This document shows, in pieces, positions 39,217-48,356 of a stretch of DNA of 64,000 nucleotides. Every line of letters begins with the position of its first letter. Within the stretch, counting starts at the first letter, position 1. The DNA is from a virus, in IMG/VR virus record IMGVR_UViG_3300050120_000115, positions 24,954 to 88,953 of that record. One strand, 5' to 3'. Below the pieces are notes generated by a model, which saw nothing but the letters and a program-made list of their open reading frames with translations, was not told where the DNA came from and did no database searches. The translations under genes were made by a program, and so were the position numbers.

Positions 39217-41289
39217 ATGCACCAGGTTCCTCAACGTCATCTCGTCTGGCTAGACGGAGAAAAGATCAGGCTGCTCTTCAAACCACCGTTCAATAAGTTC
39301 GATGATTTTCTCAAAGAGGTGAGAGCGGTTACTGGTAGGTCGTGGGATGGTCAGCATAACATCTTTCCCCTAAGTTCTTCTGCAGAGGTACGTTCTTTGG
39401 TGGAGGCTTGGGAGATACCCGTCTCCCCCGAGGTCGAACTTTTAGAGGGATGGAATACCTACGTCGGTATGGTCAAGCGTGGACCCTACAACGTCTTCAT
39501 GGATCATAAGTCAGTGGTTATAACCTTTGATTATAACTCTACACTTATATCAGTAGTCCACCACTACATCCCTGGCGTGAACTGGCGGGGTTCCAATGGT
39601 ACTTACCGCGCTCCGGAGACGAGCGTTAATGAGGCCATCAAGTTTGCTCACGAGTTTGACCTCACGGTGGACCCGGAGATCGAAGCAAGAATACAGAAGG
39701 CAGTAGATGACGCAAAGGAATTGTATGAGCACTCAACTTTACTTGACTGGGATGAGTTCGAGATACCCGGACTCATACTTCCCCTTCGACCATATCAGCG
39801 TGCTGCTGTTGCGTATATGCAACGGGTTAGGCGCTGCATTTTAGCCGATCAACCAGGACTCGGTAAAAGCGTTTCGTCAATATCCACGGTAATCCTTGAT
39901 AAGTCGTTGCCGGTTGTGGTAGTCTGTAAGAACAGGTTGAAGGAGACTCTGCGCGAGGATTTCCTTAAGTTCTACCCCAATCTCAACATCACAATTTTGA
40001 ACGGGGGGAAACGACAAGAGATACCGAAGTCGGACGTGGTGATAGTTAACTACGACATAGCCAAGCAGCGACTAGAGGACATCAAAGAACATGGGTACAA
40101 ATCTCTCATCGTTGACGAGTCTCACTACATCAAGAACGGTAAGAAGCGATCCACCTGTACTGGGTGCGGGCACAAGGTCAACTCTAACGCAGTGAACTGC
40201 AAGGGGTGCGGTAAGACCGGAATCAAGGTTAACACTCGTTGGGATGTGCGTCGTACGGATGCGGTGATGCGTCTCTCAATGTCCCTCCCCCCCGAGGCGC
40301 TGGTGCTTTTACTTACAGGGACCCCAATCGGAATCCGCCCCGGTGAACTAATCCGTCAGTTGGAGTGCATCGACCGTCTAGATTTGTTCGGGGGAGAGTG
40401 GAGGTTCAGGAAAAGGTACTGTCCCGACAACAAGACAGCACTCAATCTCCAAGAGCTGAACACCAAACTGCGCGAGAACTGCTTTGTTCGCCGTAAGACG
40501 AGTGAGGTATATGGGCAACTCCCTCCCATTCAGAATTCCATCCAACGTATGGTTCTCACCGATGAGCAGATGAAGCGTTATAAGGAGATCGAAGCCGACA
40601 TCGTGGAGTACCTCGCGGAGAAGGCACGTCAAAAGGCCATCGACATGGGAGAAGATCACGATGCCGCTTACTGGAGCAAGCGTAACGCTGTCGAACGGGC
40701 TGAGGCTTTGGTCCGACTTAACACCCTACGTGGAGCTATTGTCGAGTTAAAATACGAGGCTGCCTTAGACTGGCTAGATACGTTCCTGGAAACAGGTGAC
40801 GAGCCGATACTCGTCTTTGCCAACCGAATCAAAATAGTGGAAGGGGTGTACAATCGATACATGGAGATGGCAGTTAAAGTCAGAGGAGACCTCACGAATG
40901 AGCAGGTACTGGAGAATGTCCACGTCTTCCAGGAACAGGATTGGTGTCGTATGCTTGTGGCTAACACGTCCTCTGCGAAAGAGGGTCTTACGCTCACTAA
41001 AGCATCGCATGTGGCCTTTTTAGAACTGGAGTGGAATCCAACAGACCATTCACAGGCTGTGAGCAGGGTTTACGGGCGCACAAACGATCCTCATGGAGCA
41101 GTTGCATACTATCTTCTAGCTCCTGGGACCGTGGATTACGATATGTATGCACTACTGCAAGAGCGTCAAAAAATTGTGGACGCGGTAACGGACGGTATTG
41201 AACTGGACGAGAAGCAACTAAGTATCGAGGACCAACTTATTAAGATGCTCGAAGAAAGAGGAGGATACAATGAGGCACTACGCAATTAG
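39217..41289 (+). CDS. SNF2/SMARCAL1-like helicase with N-terminal HARP-like domains
   Basis: LRPYQ, LADQPGLGKS, IVDESH, LTGTP, EGLTLT, WNP....QA..R; start reassigned to leaderless ATG 39217. Confidence 0.9.
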   Translation: MHQVPQRHLVWLDGEKIRLLFKPPFNKFDDFLKEVRAVTGRSWDGQHNIFPLSSSAEVRSLVEAWEIPVSPEVELLEGWNTYVGMVKRGPYNVFMDHKSVVITFDYNSTLISVVHHYIPGVNWRGSNGTYRAPETSVNEAIKFAHEFDLTVDPEIEARIQKAVDDAKELYEHSTLLDWDEFEIPGLILPLRPYQRAAVAYMQRVRRCILADQPGLGKSVSSISTVILDKSLPVVVVCKNRLKETLREDFLKFYPNLNITILNGGKRQEIPKSDVVIVNYDIAKQRLEDIKEHGYKSLIVDESHYIKNGKKRSTCTGCGHKVNSNAVNCKGCGKTGIKVNTRWDVRRTDAVMRLSMSLPPEALVLLLTGTPIGIRPGELIRQLECIDRLDLFGGEWRFRKRYCPDNKTALNLQELNTKLRENCFVRRKTSEVYGQLPPIQNSIQRMVLTDEQMKRYKEIEADIVEYLAEKARQKAIDMGEDHDAAYWSKRNAVERAEALVRLNTLRGAIVELKYEAALDWLDTFLETGDEPILVFANRIKIVEGVYNRYMEMAVKVRGDLTNEQVLENVHVFQEQDWCRMLVANTSSAKEGLTLTKASHVAFLELEWNPTDHSQAVSRVYGRTNDPHGAVAYYLLAPGTVDYDMYALLQERQKIVDAVTDGIELDEKQLSIEDQLIKMLEERGGYNEALRN

Positions 41290-41422
41290 CCGCGCCATCG
41301 TGAAGCACGTTGCACCAGGACTGAAGTACCCGTCGTCAGCTATCGCTCGGAAGGCGGTGCGAACTGCCCTATTTTCCGGTCCTGCCGCGTACAAGAAGTC
41401 CCCTCCCGCGCGCAAGCAGTAG
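41270..41422 (+). CDS. Small basic protein (50 aa, not in ORF track)
   Basis: GAGGAGG RBS; MRHYAISRAIVKHVAPGLKYPSSAIARKAVRTALFSGPAAYKKSPPARKQ. Confidence 0.5.
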   Translation: MRHYAISRAIVKHVAPGLKYPSSAIARKAVRTALFSGPAAYKKSPPARKQ

Positions 41423-41556
41423 ACCCCCTCCTAGGATCGACGGAGAGGCCCCTAGATTGGCTCAGTTCGTCACGAAAAGTCGGAGTAGTATCCCAAGACC
41501 TTGAGAACGTTTCAGGGCGTCATAGGTCAATATAGAGTCCTAAGAAAGAGTTGTAG

Positions 41557-42516
41557 ATGAGTAAAGAGGTTGAGGTTCGCGCCTATAGATTTTCCATTCT
41601 GCCCGAGTGGATTTTATCAAAAGACATTAGCCATGCTGCCATCAGGCTTTTTTGTGTCCTTAATAGATGGCTAGGAGAAAACGATTACGTTTGGCCGTCC
41701 AGGAAAACAATAGCAGAGAGAATGGGGTGCTCTGTGAATACCGTAGACAGGGCTATAGATGAGCTTGAAAAAATAGGGGCCATAAGTGTAGAGCACCGAT
41801 CAGATAGCAACGGAGCCCCTACTAGTTCCCTTTTCTATCTATGGCCCGCTACTTTTGGGGGTACCCCCATGGGTGGGGAGACCCTCCCTGGGTGGGGAGA
41901 CCGTACCCCCATGGGTGGGGAGACCGTACCCCCAAAACAGGTATACAATAGAGATACAATTAAAAGAGAAACAATTAAAGAGAATTCTTCTACTCCCACC
42001 CCTCCGGGGAGTGAGAAGTGGACGGACGAAGTTAAAGAACTCACCTCCCTTCTCTGCCATTGGAATGTCGAGAACGGATACAAAGCGTTTACCCTAGGTC
42101 CTAAGCAGTGGGCTGACATGGATAAGTTGTTGAGGATTGACAAGCGCTCGCCGGATGAAGTTAGATCTATCATCGAATGGTGTCAGAAGGATGCGTTTTG
42201 GAACGGAAATATCCGTAGTACTTTGAAGTTGCGTAAGCAGTTCGATACCTTGGTAGGGAGGATGCGCCAGCAGGGGTGTCTCCCTCCAATCCCCTCAGAG
42301 ATCTCCCTTTCCCCCGACCAAAAAAATGTTGCGCTTATTTTCGACTGCTATGACCAGGGAGGAGAGTGGTTCGACTTCACGACTGAGGAATTCTTACTTG
42401 ACAATCCCGTTTCCTTCGGCTATAATCGTCCTAGGGATGCTCGGGGAAATATGGTTGACGCGGACGGGAAACCGTACAAGATGACCGCCCAGGGCCAGAG
42501 AGTGAGGTTGGAATAG
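41557..42516 (+). CDS. Replication initiator protein (lambda O-like, N-terminal wHTH)
   Basis: WPSRKTIAERMGCS..TVDRAI.EL...G HTH; C-terminal W...MDKLLRID.R...I.W.Q.D.FW..NI.S..KLRKQFD; internal iterons. Confidence 0.85.
   Translation: MSKEVEVRAYRFSILPEWILSKDISHAAIRLFCVLNRWLGENDYVWPSRKTIAERMGCSVNTVDRAIDELEKIGAISVEHRSDSNGAPTSSLFYLWPATFGGTPMGGETLPGWGDRTPMGGETVPPKQVYNRDTIKRETIKENSSTPTPPGSEKWTDEVKELTSLLCHWNVENGYKAFTLGPKQWADMDKLLRIDKRSPDEVRSIIEWCQKDAFWNGNIRSTLKLRKQFDTLVGRMRQQGCLPPIPSEISLSPDQKNVALIFDCYDQGGEWFDFTTEEFLLDNPVSFGYNRPRDARGNMVDADGKPYKMTAQGQRVRLE
41853..41990 (+). repeat. Iteron array and AT-rich tract (putative replication origin)
   Basis: TGGGTGGGGAGACC x3 (41870, 41889, 41912); 23-bp unit x2; followed by ACAATTAAA(A)GAGAA x2. 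Confidence 0.75.
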
Positions 42517-42785
42517 TGGGGTACATACTCATCGTAGCGTTCGTGGTCCTCGTATTCGTGATCCTTTTCGGCGCGGGAGTTTTTAAGAGTGTTGACTCCT
42601 CTCCGGGGGAAGACGCAGATAAAGAAACATACTCCCATCAAGGACTTTCCGACAACTGCTTATGGCACATCAATGCCTACATTGAGAGCCTTGATACCAA
42701 ACCCACAGCGCCAGCTGAAATAGGTGCTGCAGTATATGAAGCCCTAAGTGAATGGTTGAGTCAACAGTATGAGGAGGAAGCATGA
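42516..42785 (+). CDS. Small membrane-anchored protein
   Basis: N-terminal TM helix. Confidence 0.55.
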   Translation: MGYILIVAFVVLVFVILFGAGVFKSVDSSPGEDADKETYSHQGLSDNCLWHINAYIESLDTKPTAPAEIGAAVYEALSEWLSQQYEEEA

Positions 42786-42837
42786 CCTACACCTGCGCCA
42801 CAGAGGGATGCGGAGAGTCATTGACTAAGGAGGCTTC

Positions 42838-43095
42838 GTGATTTTCGTTTGGACTTTCTGCGTGATGGGCCTGGCGACTCTGTTGCTGGTTTACATCCTC
42901 GCCCGTCGTGACGCTCGGACAATCACAACGATCACCGTGGCGTCGTCGCTTCATCTTCCGAAGGGGACGAAAATAGAAATAGAGGGGGAGCGGTTCAAGA
43001 TTCTCAACGTTTCGGTGGATGGAACGACTCTACGGGTCCGCAGACTTCGCGCTAGGTCGGCGTCATTGACTAGGGAGGGGAACAATGAAGTTTGA
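42838..43095 (+). CDS. Small membrane protein
   Basis: AAGGAGG RBS; N-terminal TM helix. Confidence 0.55.
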   Translation: MIFVWTFCVMGLATLLLVYILARRDARTITTITVASSLHLPKGTKIEIEGERFKILNVSVDGTTLRVRRLRARSASLTREGNNEV

Positions 43096-43486
43096 CGTTA
43101 ACGAATTGTCATACGGACAACTGATTGGGAGCAGGTTTTGCACGGTCCTTTCATCGTCATCAATGGGCGAATATGAAGGCGACGAGTTCTACATCGTGGA
43201 GCAGGCCAATGAAAGATGGGGCGACGGAGTGCGCTACGGGTTCGTTTCTGTCGGCTACGGGTCATGCTCCGGGTGCGACGACTTGCAAGGAGCGGATGAC
43301 GCTAATGAAGTGAACGAACTCGCGGAGAGGATTTACAAGTCGATTAAGTGGTTCGCCACGCTCGACGAACTAAAAGCGCACCTGGACGTAATGGACGCGG
43401 CGAACGAGTGGTACATGAACGATGACGACTGGCCCCAGGCGAAAGCAGAGTTGATTGCTGGTCTTGACACGGAGGAGACCCCATGA
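43085..43486 (+). CDS. Conserved phage protein (YEGD...GYGSCSGCD family)
   Basis: Recognisable motif; acidic. Confidence 0.65.
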   Translation: MKFDVNELSYGQLIGSRFCTVLSSSSMGEYEGDEFYIVEQANERWGDGVRYGFVSVGYGSCSGCDDLQGADDANEVNELAERIYKSIKWFATLDELKAHLDVMDAANEWYMNDDDWPQAKAELIAGLDTEETP

Positions 43487-43833
43487 CCACCTCAGAGCAA
43501 GCCGCGTTACTGGCTGAGCACCAGCCGTATACCTGGAACTGCGAGATTGAAGACTGTCGCTGCAAGGAACACCTTGCTAAGTGTCGGGGGTGCGGCGACA
43601 TATACCCCTGCGACGTACACCGCATGGCAGAACTCAAAGACGCTGAGACAGCCCAGTCCGCCTCTGAAGTAGTGGAGAGAATCGTGGAGGCGCTGGAAGA
43701 AGCCAGAGAAGATTCCTTCTCCAGAGAATCACTGACCTCGTTGGACTTTTGGAACCGTGGGCAAACAAAGGGATTCGACGACGCCATCGCCCTCCTGCGC
43801 TCCCGTGACTGGTCTAAGGGGGAGGGAGAATGA
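43483..43833 (+). CDS. Hypothetical Zn-finger protein
   Basis: H.P...CRGC...YPC motif; ATGA-coupled. Confidence 0.6.
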   Translation: MTTSEQAALLAEHQPYTWNCEIEDCRCKEHLAKCRGCGDIYPCDVHRMAELKDAETAQSASEVVERIVEALEEAREDSFSRESLTSLDFWNRGQTKGFDDAIALLRSRDWSKGEGE

Positions 43834-44045
43834 GCGGTTACGAGTTCAACTGGGGCGTCAACGCTGAGAAGGCGCGGGCTCATCTTGAAGAGCAGGACCG
43901 TTTGATAGCCGTTGACGATGCGGTGATTGAGGAATTACGAGACCTCGTGGACCGTCTGGAGAGGGAATCTTGGCAACGCAAGGCGCAAAGAGCAGAATTC
44001 ATAAAGAGGTTTGTGGCCTCTAACCAAGGAGATACCCATGAATGA
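43830..44045 (+). CDS. Hypothetical coiled-coil protein
   Basis: ATGA-coupled with RBS. Confidence 0.55.
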   Translation: MSGYEFNWGVNAEKARAHLEEQDRLIAVDDAVIEELRDLVDRLERESWQRKAQRAEFIKRFVASNQGDTHE

Positions 44046-44601
44046 GACGGTTCTAAATCAAGGTCCGATATGTGGTGAGAAGAACGGCGAGCATCGTTGC
44101 TCTCTCACCAGCGGCCACGAGGGTTTACACGTCTGTTGTGTCAATGTTGCGTGGCAGACCCCGAACCCAATCACAGAGATGATGAAAGAGAGTCCTGCAC
44201 CCATGAATGAGATAGACCGAGAGGCTGGAAACATGAGCGAGCAATTTGACAAGGTATTTTCCCGTCTTAACTTTTGGGCGCAGGACGTGGCGCATTGGCT
44301 AATGGCTGACGATATTCGCGCAGAACTTTCCGACGCTCTAACCTCCACCGACGCCCAACTCGCCGCTCTGAGAGACGAGCGTGACCGGCTGGCGAGGGCG
44401 TTAGAACGTGACGCGATTGCGAAAGCACTTCAGTCGGCGTGGACCGACTTTTGCGCCGACACCGGATGCATCCCCGACTGTTTCACAATCCACGGCCCTC
44501 GAACCACACAGGTCGAAGCCAATTTCGACAGAGGGAACTTCGCTGGATTCGTAAGAGACTGGCTCCTGCGCCAACTCATTGAAAGCGAGGAAGGCCAGTG
44601 A
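44038..44601 (+). CDS. Hypothetical mosaic protein
   Basis: AAGGAG RBS before ATG 44038; N-terminal C....C.L..GH.G.H Zn knuckle. Confidence 0.55.
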   Translation: MNETVLNQGPICGEKNGEHRCSLTSGHEGLHVCCVNVAWQTPNPITEMMKESPAPMNEIDREAGNMSEQFDKVFSRLNFWAQDVAHWLMADDIRAELSDALTSTDAQLAALRDERDRLARALERDAIAKALQSAWTDFCADTGCIPDCFTIHGPRTTQVEANFDRGNFAGFVRDWLLRQLIESEEGQ

Positions 44602-44828
44602 GCCAGCCAACTCAAACGTGTCAACTCTGCGGCAACAGCGTCGTGGCCGTCATTTCTGGTCGCGGATTTCCACCTGACACCGCCGCCAAGAAACTGAAGA
44701 AACTCTGCAACTCTCAGGGCTGTGAGTGTGACCCCAAGTATCGAGCGGGCATTGAAGGGCTGGAGAGACTACTGAAAGAAGCCCCCAGCGTGACCGACAG
44801 AACCAGTGAGAGAGGGAAGAAATGCTGA
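44598..44828 (+). CDS. Small Zn-finger protein
   Basis: CQLC...C....C.C.P.Y. Confidence 0.55.
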   Translation: MSQPTQTCQLCGNSVVAVISGRGFPPDTAAKKLKKLCNSQGCECDPKYRAGIEGLERLLKEAPSVTDRTSERGKKC

Positions 44829-45046
44829 CAATTAGCAAACGATGTGTCTGCGCGAAATGCGAGGCCAGCGGGCGAGATGGGATGTATCGAATGGTCGGCC
44901 ACTGCACGAACTGCGGACAGGGCGATATTCTGATTCTCTACCGCGAGGGGGACAAGGCGGCGATGGCTGATTGCCCTATGTGTGGAAACTACTACACCGT
45001 CACTCCTGACCGTCTTGCCACGCCAGACGAAATACCGGAGGCGTGA
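44822..45046 (+). CDS. Small Zn-ribbon protein
   Basis: C.C.KC, CTNCG, CPMCG. Confidence 0.55.
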   Translation: MLTISKRCVCAKCEASGRDGMYRMVGHCTNCGQGDILILYREGDKAAMADCPMCGNYYTVTPDRLATPDEIPEA

Positions 45047-45066
45047 TGACCAGTGAGAGAGGGAAG

Positions 45067-45369
45067 ATGACCGACGACCGATTGAAAGAGATTAAGGAAC
45101 GGCTGGAGAAGGCAACGCCGGGGAAATGGCGTGCTGATAGGAACACGGTTGATTTTGGGCCACCAACCGGCTCGCCATTTGCCGTGCTACACAGTGACGC
45201 TGACCCGTCGAACACCACCAACGACGCCGACTTCATCGCCCACTCCCGCGAGGACATCCCCTACTTGCTGGCCGAGATTGAGCGACTGAAGCAACTCATC
45301 GGAAAATCAGCCTCGATGGGCCGGGGTATCTTGACGATTCTTGGACAGGCTGAGGGGGCTGGGGAATGA
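45067..45369 (+). CDS. Ead/Ea22-like protein
   Basis: RL.EIK.R.EKATPG.W...DADFIAHSREDIP.LLAEIERL. Confidence 0.7.
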   Translation: MTDDRLKEIKERLEKATPGKWRADRNTVDFGPPTGSPFAVLHSDADPSNTTNDADFIAHSREDIPYLLAEIERLKQLIGKSASMGRGILTILGQAEGAGE

Positions 45370-45839
45370 GTGACGCACAGGGAATCTGGACAACGGGCGC
45401 TGGGCCAAACTCTCTGGAATTCTCAGAGATAATCGCGAGATACGAGGCCCAAATCTCAGCCCTCACCGCTGACCTGGCGCAAGCCCGCTCCTACTCAATC
45501 GAGCGCATCACAGAACTTAAGGCGAGTCACGAGGCCGAAATACAAGAGCACGTCCTACGCGCCGACAGCCTGCGAGCCGAGTTGAGACGACTGGAAGAGG
45601 AGATGGGTGAAGCCAACGATCAGATTCTCGATGCTGACCGCGATTTGGACAACCGAGAGACGGAAATACGGGCGCTGAAGGGACGGATAGAGCGCGCGCG
45701 AGACTGGCAACGCGAATTGGTGGACTCAACGAACGCGGCCCTACTCGCTCATGGTGTCTGCTACTGCAAGGAATGTACCGGGAATATAGAGCGTCAACGG
45801 GCCTCTAACGAAGTCGCGGCCATTCTGGGAGAGTCGTGA
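45366..45839 (+). CDS. Coiled-coil hypothetical protein
   Basis: Long heptad pattern; C-terminal C.C..C. Confidence 0.55.
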   Translation: MSDAQGIWTTGAGPNSLEFSEIIARYEAQISALTADLAQARSYSIERITELKASHEAEIQEHVLRADSLRAELRRLEEEMGEANDQILDADRDLDNRETEIRALKGRIERARDWQRELVDSTNAALLAHGVCYCKECTGNIERQRASNEVAAILGES

Positions 45840-46007
45840 AATGTGCTATACTTTCCGTCATTCCCCCGAACCAAAAAATTAAAGGACTATTATGACCATT
45901 GAAGAATTAGGGAATCTATTAGAGGATCTCCTGAATGAACTAAGAAATCTTAACGAGAATCTCATGGTGCTTAACTTTGAAAACGCTCGCGAACGTGGTA
46001 ACGTTTA

Positions 46008-48356
46008 GTGATTAACCTTTACGACATACCAACCGAAGAGGCCCTAATAGGGGCGATGCTGTTGCGCCGCGAAGCAGTTATAGAGGCAATGGACATCGTT
46101 GAACCCACTGATTTCTATCTTCCTTTCCATGCTTCCGTCTTCCGCACTATCGAAGAATTGTTAAGTGAAGGTATTGTTATTGACTACACAACAATAACCT
46201 CTAAGGTCGGGGGAGACGACACTGTAATACGACTATCCACCATGCAGATGAACGCCCCTAGCGCTAGCACCAATGCTGTCATTTCCTACGCTCGCATAGT
46301 GTATGACAAGTCCATGGCCCGCAAAGTATACCAACAGCTGGAAGAGGCACGTGGAAAGTTGATCGCGGGAGATGACCCTTACGAAACGGTTGACGATCTT
46401 GACAAGCAACTAGGTACTGTAGGACATTCTCATGGTGACGAGTTAGAGTCAGTGACCCTCGAAGAACTCGAAGCATCTATGGACCTGACTCAGGATGTGG
46501 TTATACCTGGTATGCTCAACCGTGGTTGGCGTACTATCATCGTAGGATCAGAGGGGAGCGGTAAGGCCCTAGACATTGACACGCCATTGCTAACCACCAC
46601 TGGGTGGAAGACCATGGGCACTGTTGTTACCGGTGATATTGTTTTTGGCGAAGATGGTGAGCAGACAGAAATATTGGCAGTTACGGAACCGTTTATTGGT
46701 GATTGCTATGAACTGGTATTTAGTGATGGATCTAAAATAGTCGCTGACGCTAACCATCTTTGGAAAACGGAAACCCTTAAGTCCAGGGAGTCTAGTGCTT
46801 ATCAACGGAGACGACCGGAGGGGTTTAATGATTGGAGGACTCAGTTGCACAAGAGGAAAGAATTTCCTTCTATCAAAACGACTAAAGATATTTTTGATAC
46901 CATAATGGCCAGGAAGGGTCATGCAGTCAACCATTCTGTCGAGGTGTGTGGTCCGCTGCAGTTGCCCGACGCTGATCTCCCTCTGGACCCATATGTTCTT
47001 GGCGTATGGCTGGGTGATGGAACATCTAAAGAACCACATATAACATCCATGGACGATGAGATTATAGAGGGCGTTGTTAGCGCAGGATTCCCCGTTAAAA
47101 GTCTTGATCGTAAACCAAATAATAGGGCTGCAACATATAGATTTGGCAAGGAGTTAACCCTACGCTTACGAATGTCTGGCGTAATTGGAAGTCAATATAA
47201 GAGACTTGATACTGGGCACAAGCATATTCCAGAGCAGTATAAGTTCGCTTCTTTTGAACAACGCCTCGCCCTTCTCCAGGGTCTTATGGATACTGACGGT
47301 ACCGTATCCGGTGGCGGCGAAAAGAAGGGAAGAGGATACGGAGCCTCTAACTGTGTGTTTAGTGTGGTAGACAGAACTTTAGCCTATGATGTTTTAGAGT
47401 TGGCCATAGGGTTGGGTATTAAAGCAAGCATCAAAGAGGGGGACGCCATGCTATACGGAAGGATTATTAGTAAGGTTTATGATGTTATATTCCAGACTGA
47501 CCTTCCAGTATGCAGACTAAAAAGAAAACTTGAACGCCTTCATCCTCTGAAGACTTATCGTGCCAAGCTTCGTTACATTAAAGAATGCCATCCAGTCGAT
47601 CCTAGGATGGTTCGCTGTATTCAAGTAGACAGAGAAGATGGAATGTTCTTAGCTGGACGCACTCTTATACCTACTCACAATTCGGTTCTGCTTCGCACTA
47701 TTGGCATCTCAGCGTCTCAGGGGCTGCACCCTTTTTCTCATCGTCCCATTCCCCCTGTCCGAGTTTTGGTAGTTGACCTTGAGAACCCCAAGGAAGCTAT
47801 TATTGAGACTGGTTCTAAACTGATGCAGTACGTCAAGACATTCTCACCAGACTATGACCCGACAAGGTTCAAAGTCTTTCGCAGGCCGGGAGGGATAGAC
47901 CTAAGAAAGAGCAAGGACAAGGCCGATCTACGAAGAGAGATTGACGCACACCAACCTGACCTCGTTTGCATCGGACCAGTCATCAAGATGTACCAGCGAA
48001 AGGGTGGGGAGTCTTACGAAGAGTCCGCCGATGCTGCGATGTACGAACTAGACCAGCTACGAGTTCGCTACGGTTTCGCCCTTATGCTAGAGCACCATGC
48101 CGCTAAGGGTCACCAGGGGTCGCGAGAGATGACACCTTTCGGCTCGCAACGTTGGATGAGTTGGCCGGAGGCGGGCAAGAGTCTGTACAGTGACAAGAAC
48201 GATCCCACTATTGTGAGGGTGGACACTTTTCGTGGCGACCGTCTTCAGGGAATCGCTTGGCCTAATAGAATTACGAGAGACCGTGAATGGATAGTGTCAG
48301 GAATTTGGGATGACGGAATCCCCGAGGGAATAGGACAGCCGGGGAGAAGACCATGA
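46008..48356 (+). CDS. DnaB-like replicative helicase (DnaB N-domain plus RecA-like AAA domain) with intein
   Basis: EEALIGAML...DFY...H..VF..I DnaB-N; Walker A GSEGSGK/S split by the intein; VLVVDLEN, EHH, PFGS. Confidence 0.85.
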   Translation: MINLYDIPTEEALIGAMLLRREAVIEAMDIVEPTDFYLPFHASVFRTIEELLSEGIVIDYTTITSKVGGDDTVIRLSTMQMNAPSASTNAVISYARIVYDKSMARKVYQQLEEARGKLIAGDDPYETVDDLDKQLGTVGHSHGDELESVTLEELEASMDLTQDVVIPGMLNRGWRTIIVGSEGSGKALDIDTPLLTTTGWKTMGTVVTGDIVFGEDGEQTEILAVTEPFIGDCYELVFSDGSKIVADANHLWKTETLKSRESSAYQRRRPEGFNDWRTQLHKRKEFPSIKTTKDIFDTIMARKGHAVNHSVEVCGPLQLPDADLPLDPYVLGVWLGDGTSKEPHITSMDDEIIEGVVSAGFPVKSLDRKPNNRAATYRFGKELTLRLRMSGVIGSQYKRLDTGHKHIPEQYKFASFEQRLALLQGLMDTDGTVSGGGEKKGRGYGASNCVFSVVDRTLAYDVLELAIGLGIKASIKEGDAMLYGRIISKVYDVIFQTDLPVCRLKRKLERLHPLKTYRAKLRYIKECHPVDPRMVRCIQVDREDGMFLAGRTLIPTHNSVLLRTIGISASQGLHPFSHRPIPPVRVLVVDLENPKEAIIETGSKLMQYVKTFSPDYDPTRFKVFRRPGGIDLRKSKDKADLRREIDAHQPDLVCIGPVIKMYQRKGGESYEESADAAMYELDQLRVRYGFALMLEHHAAKGHQGSREMTPFGSQRWMSWPEAGKSLYSDKNDPTIVRVDTFRGDRLQGIAWPNRITRDREWIVSGIWDDGIPEGIGQPGRRP
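46566..47681 (+). mobile_element. Class 3-type intein with LAGLIDADG homing endonuclease (372 aa)
   Basis: Starts at Ala (ALDIDTP); block B ADANHLW; LGVWLGDG and LLQGLMDTDG; block F VRCIQV; ends PTHN/S. Confidence 0.9.
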
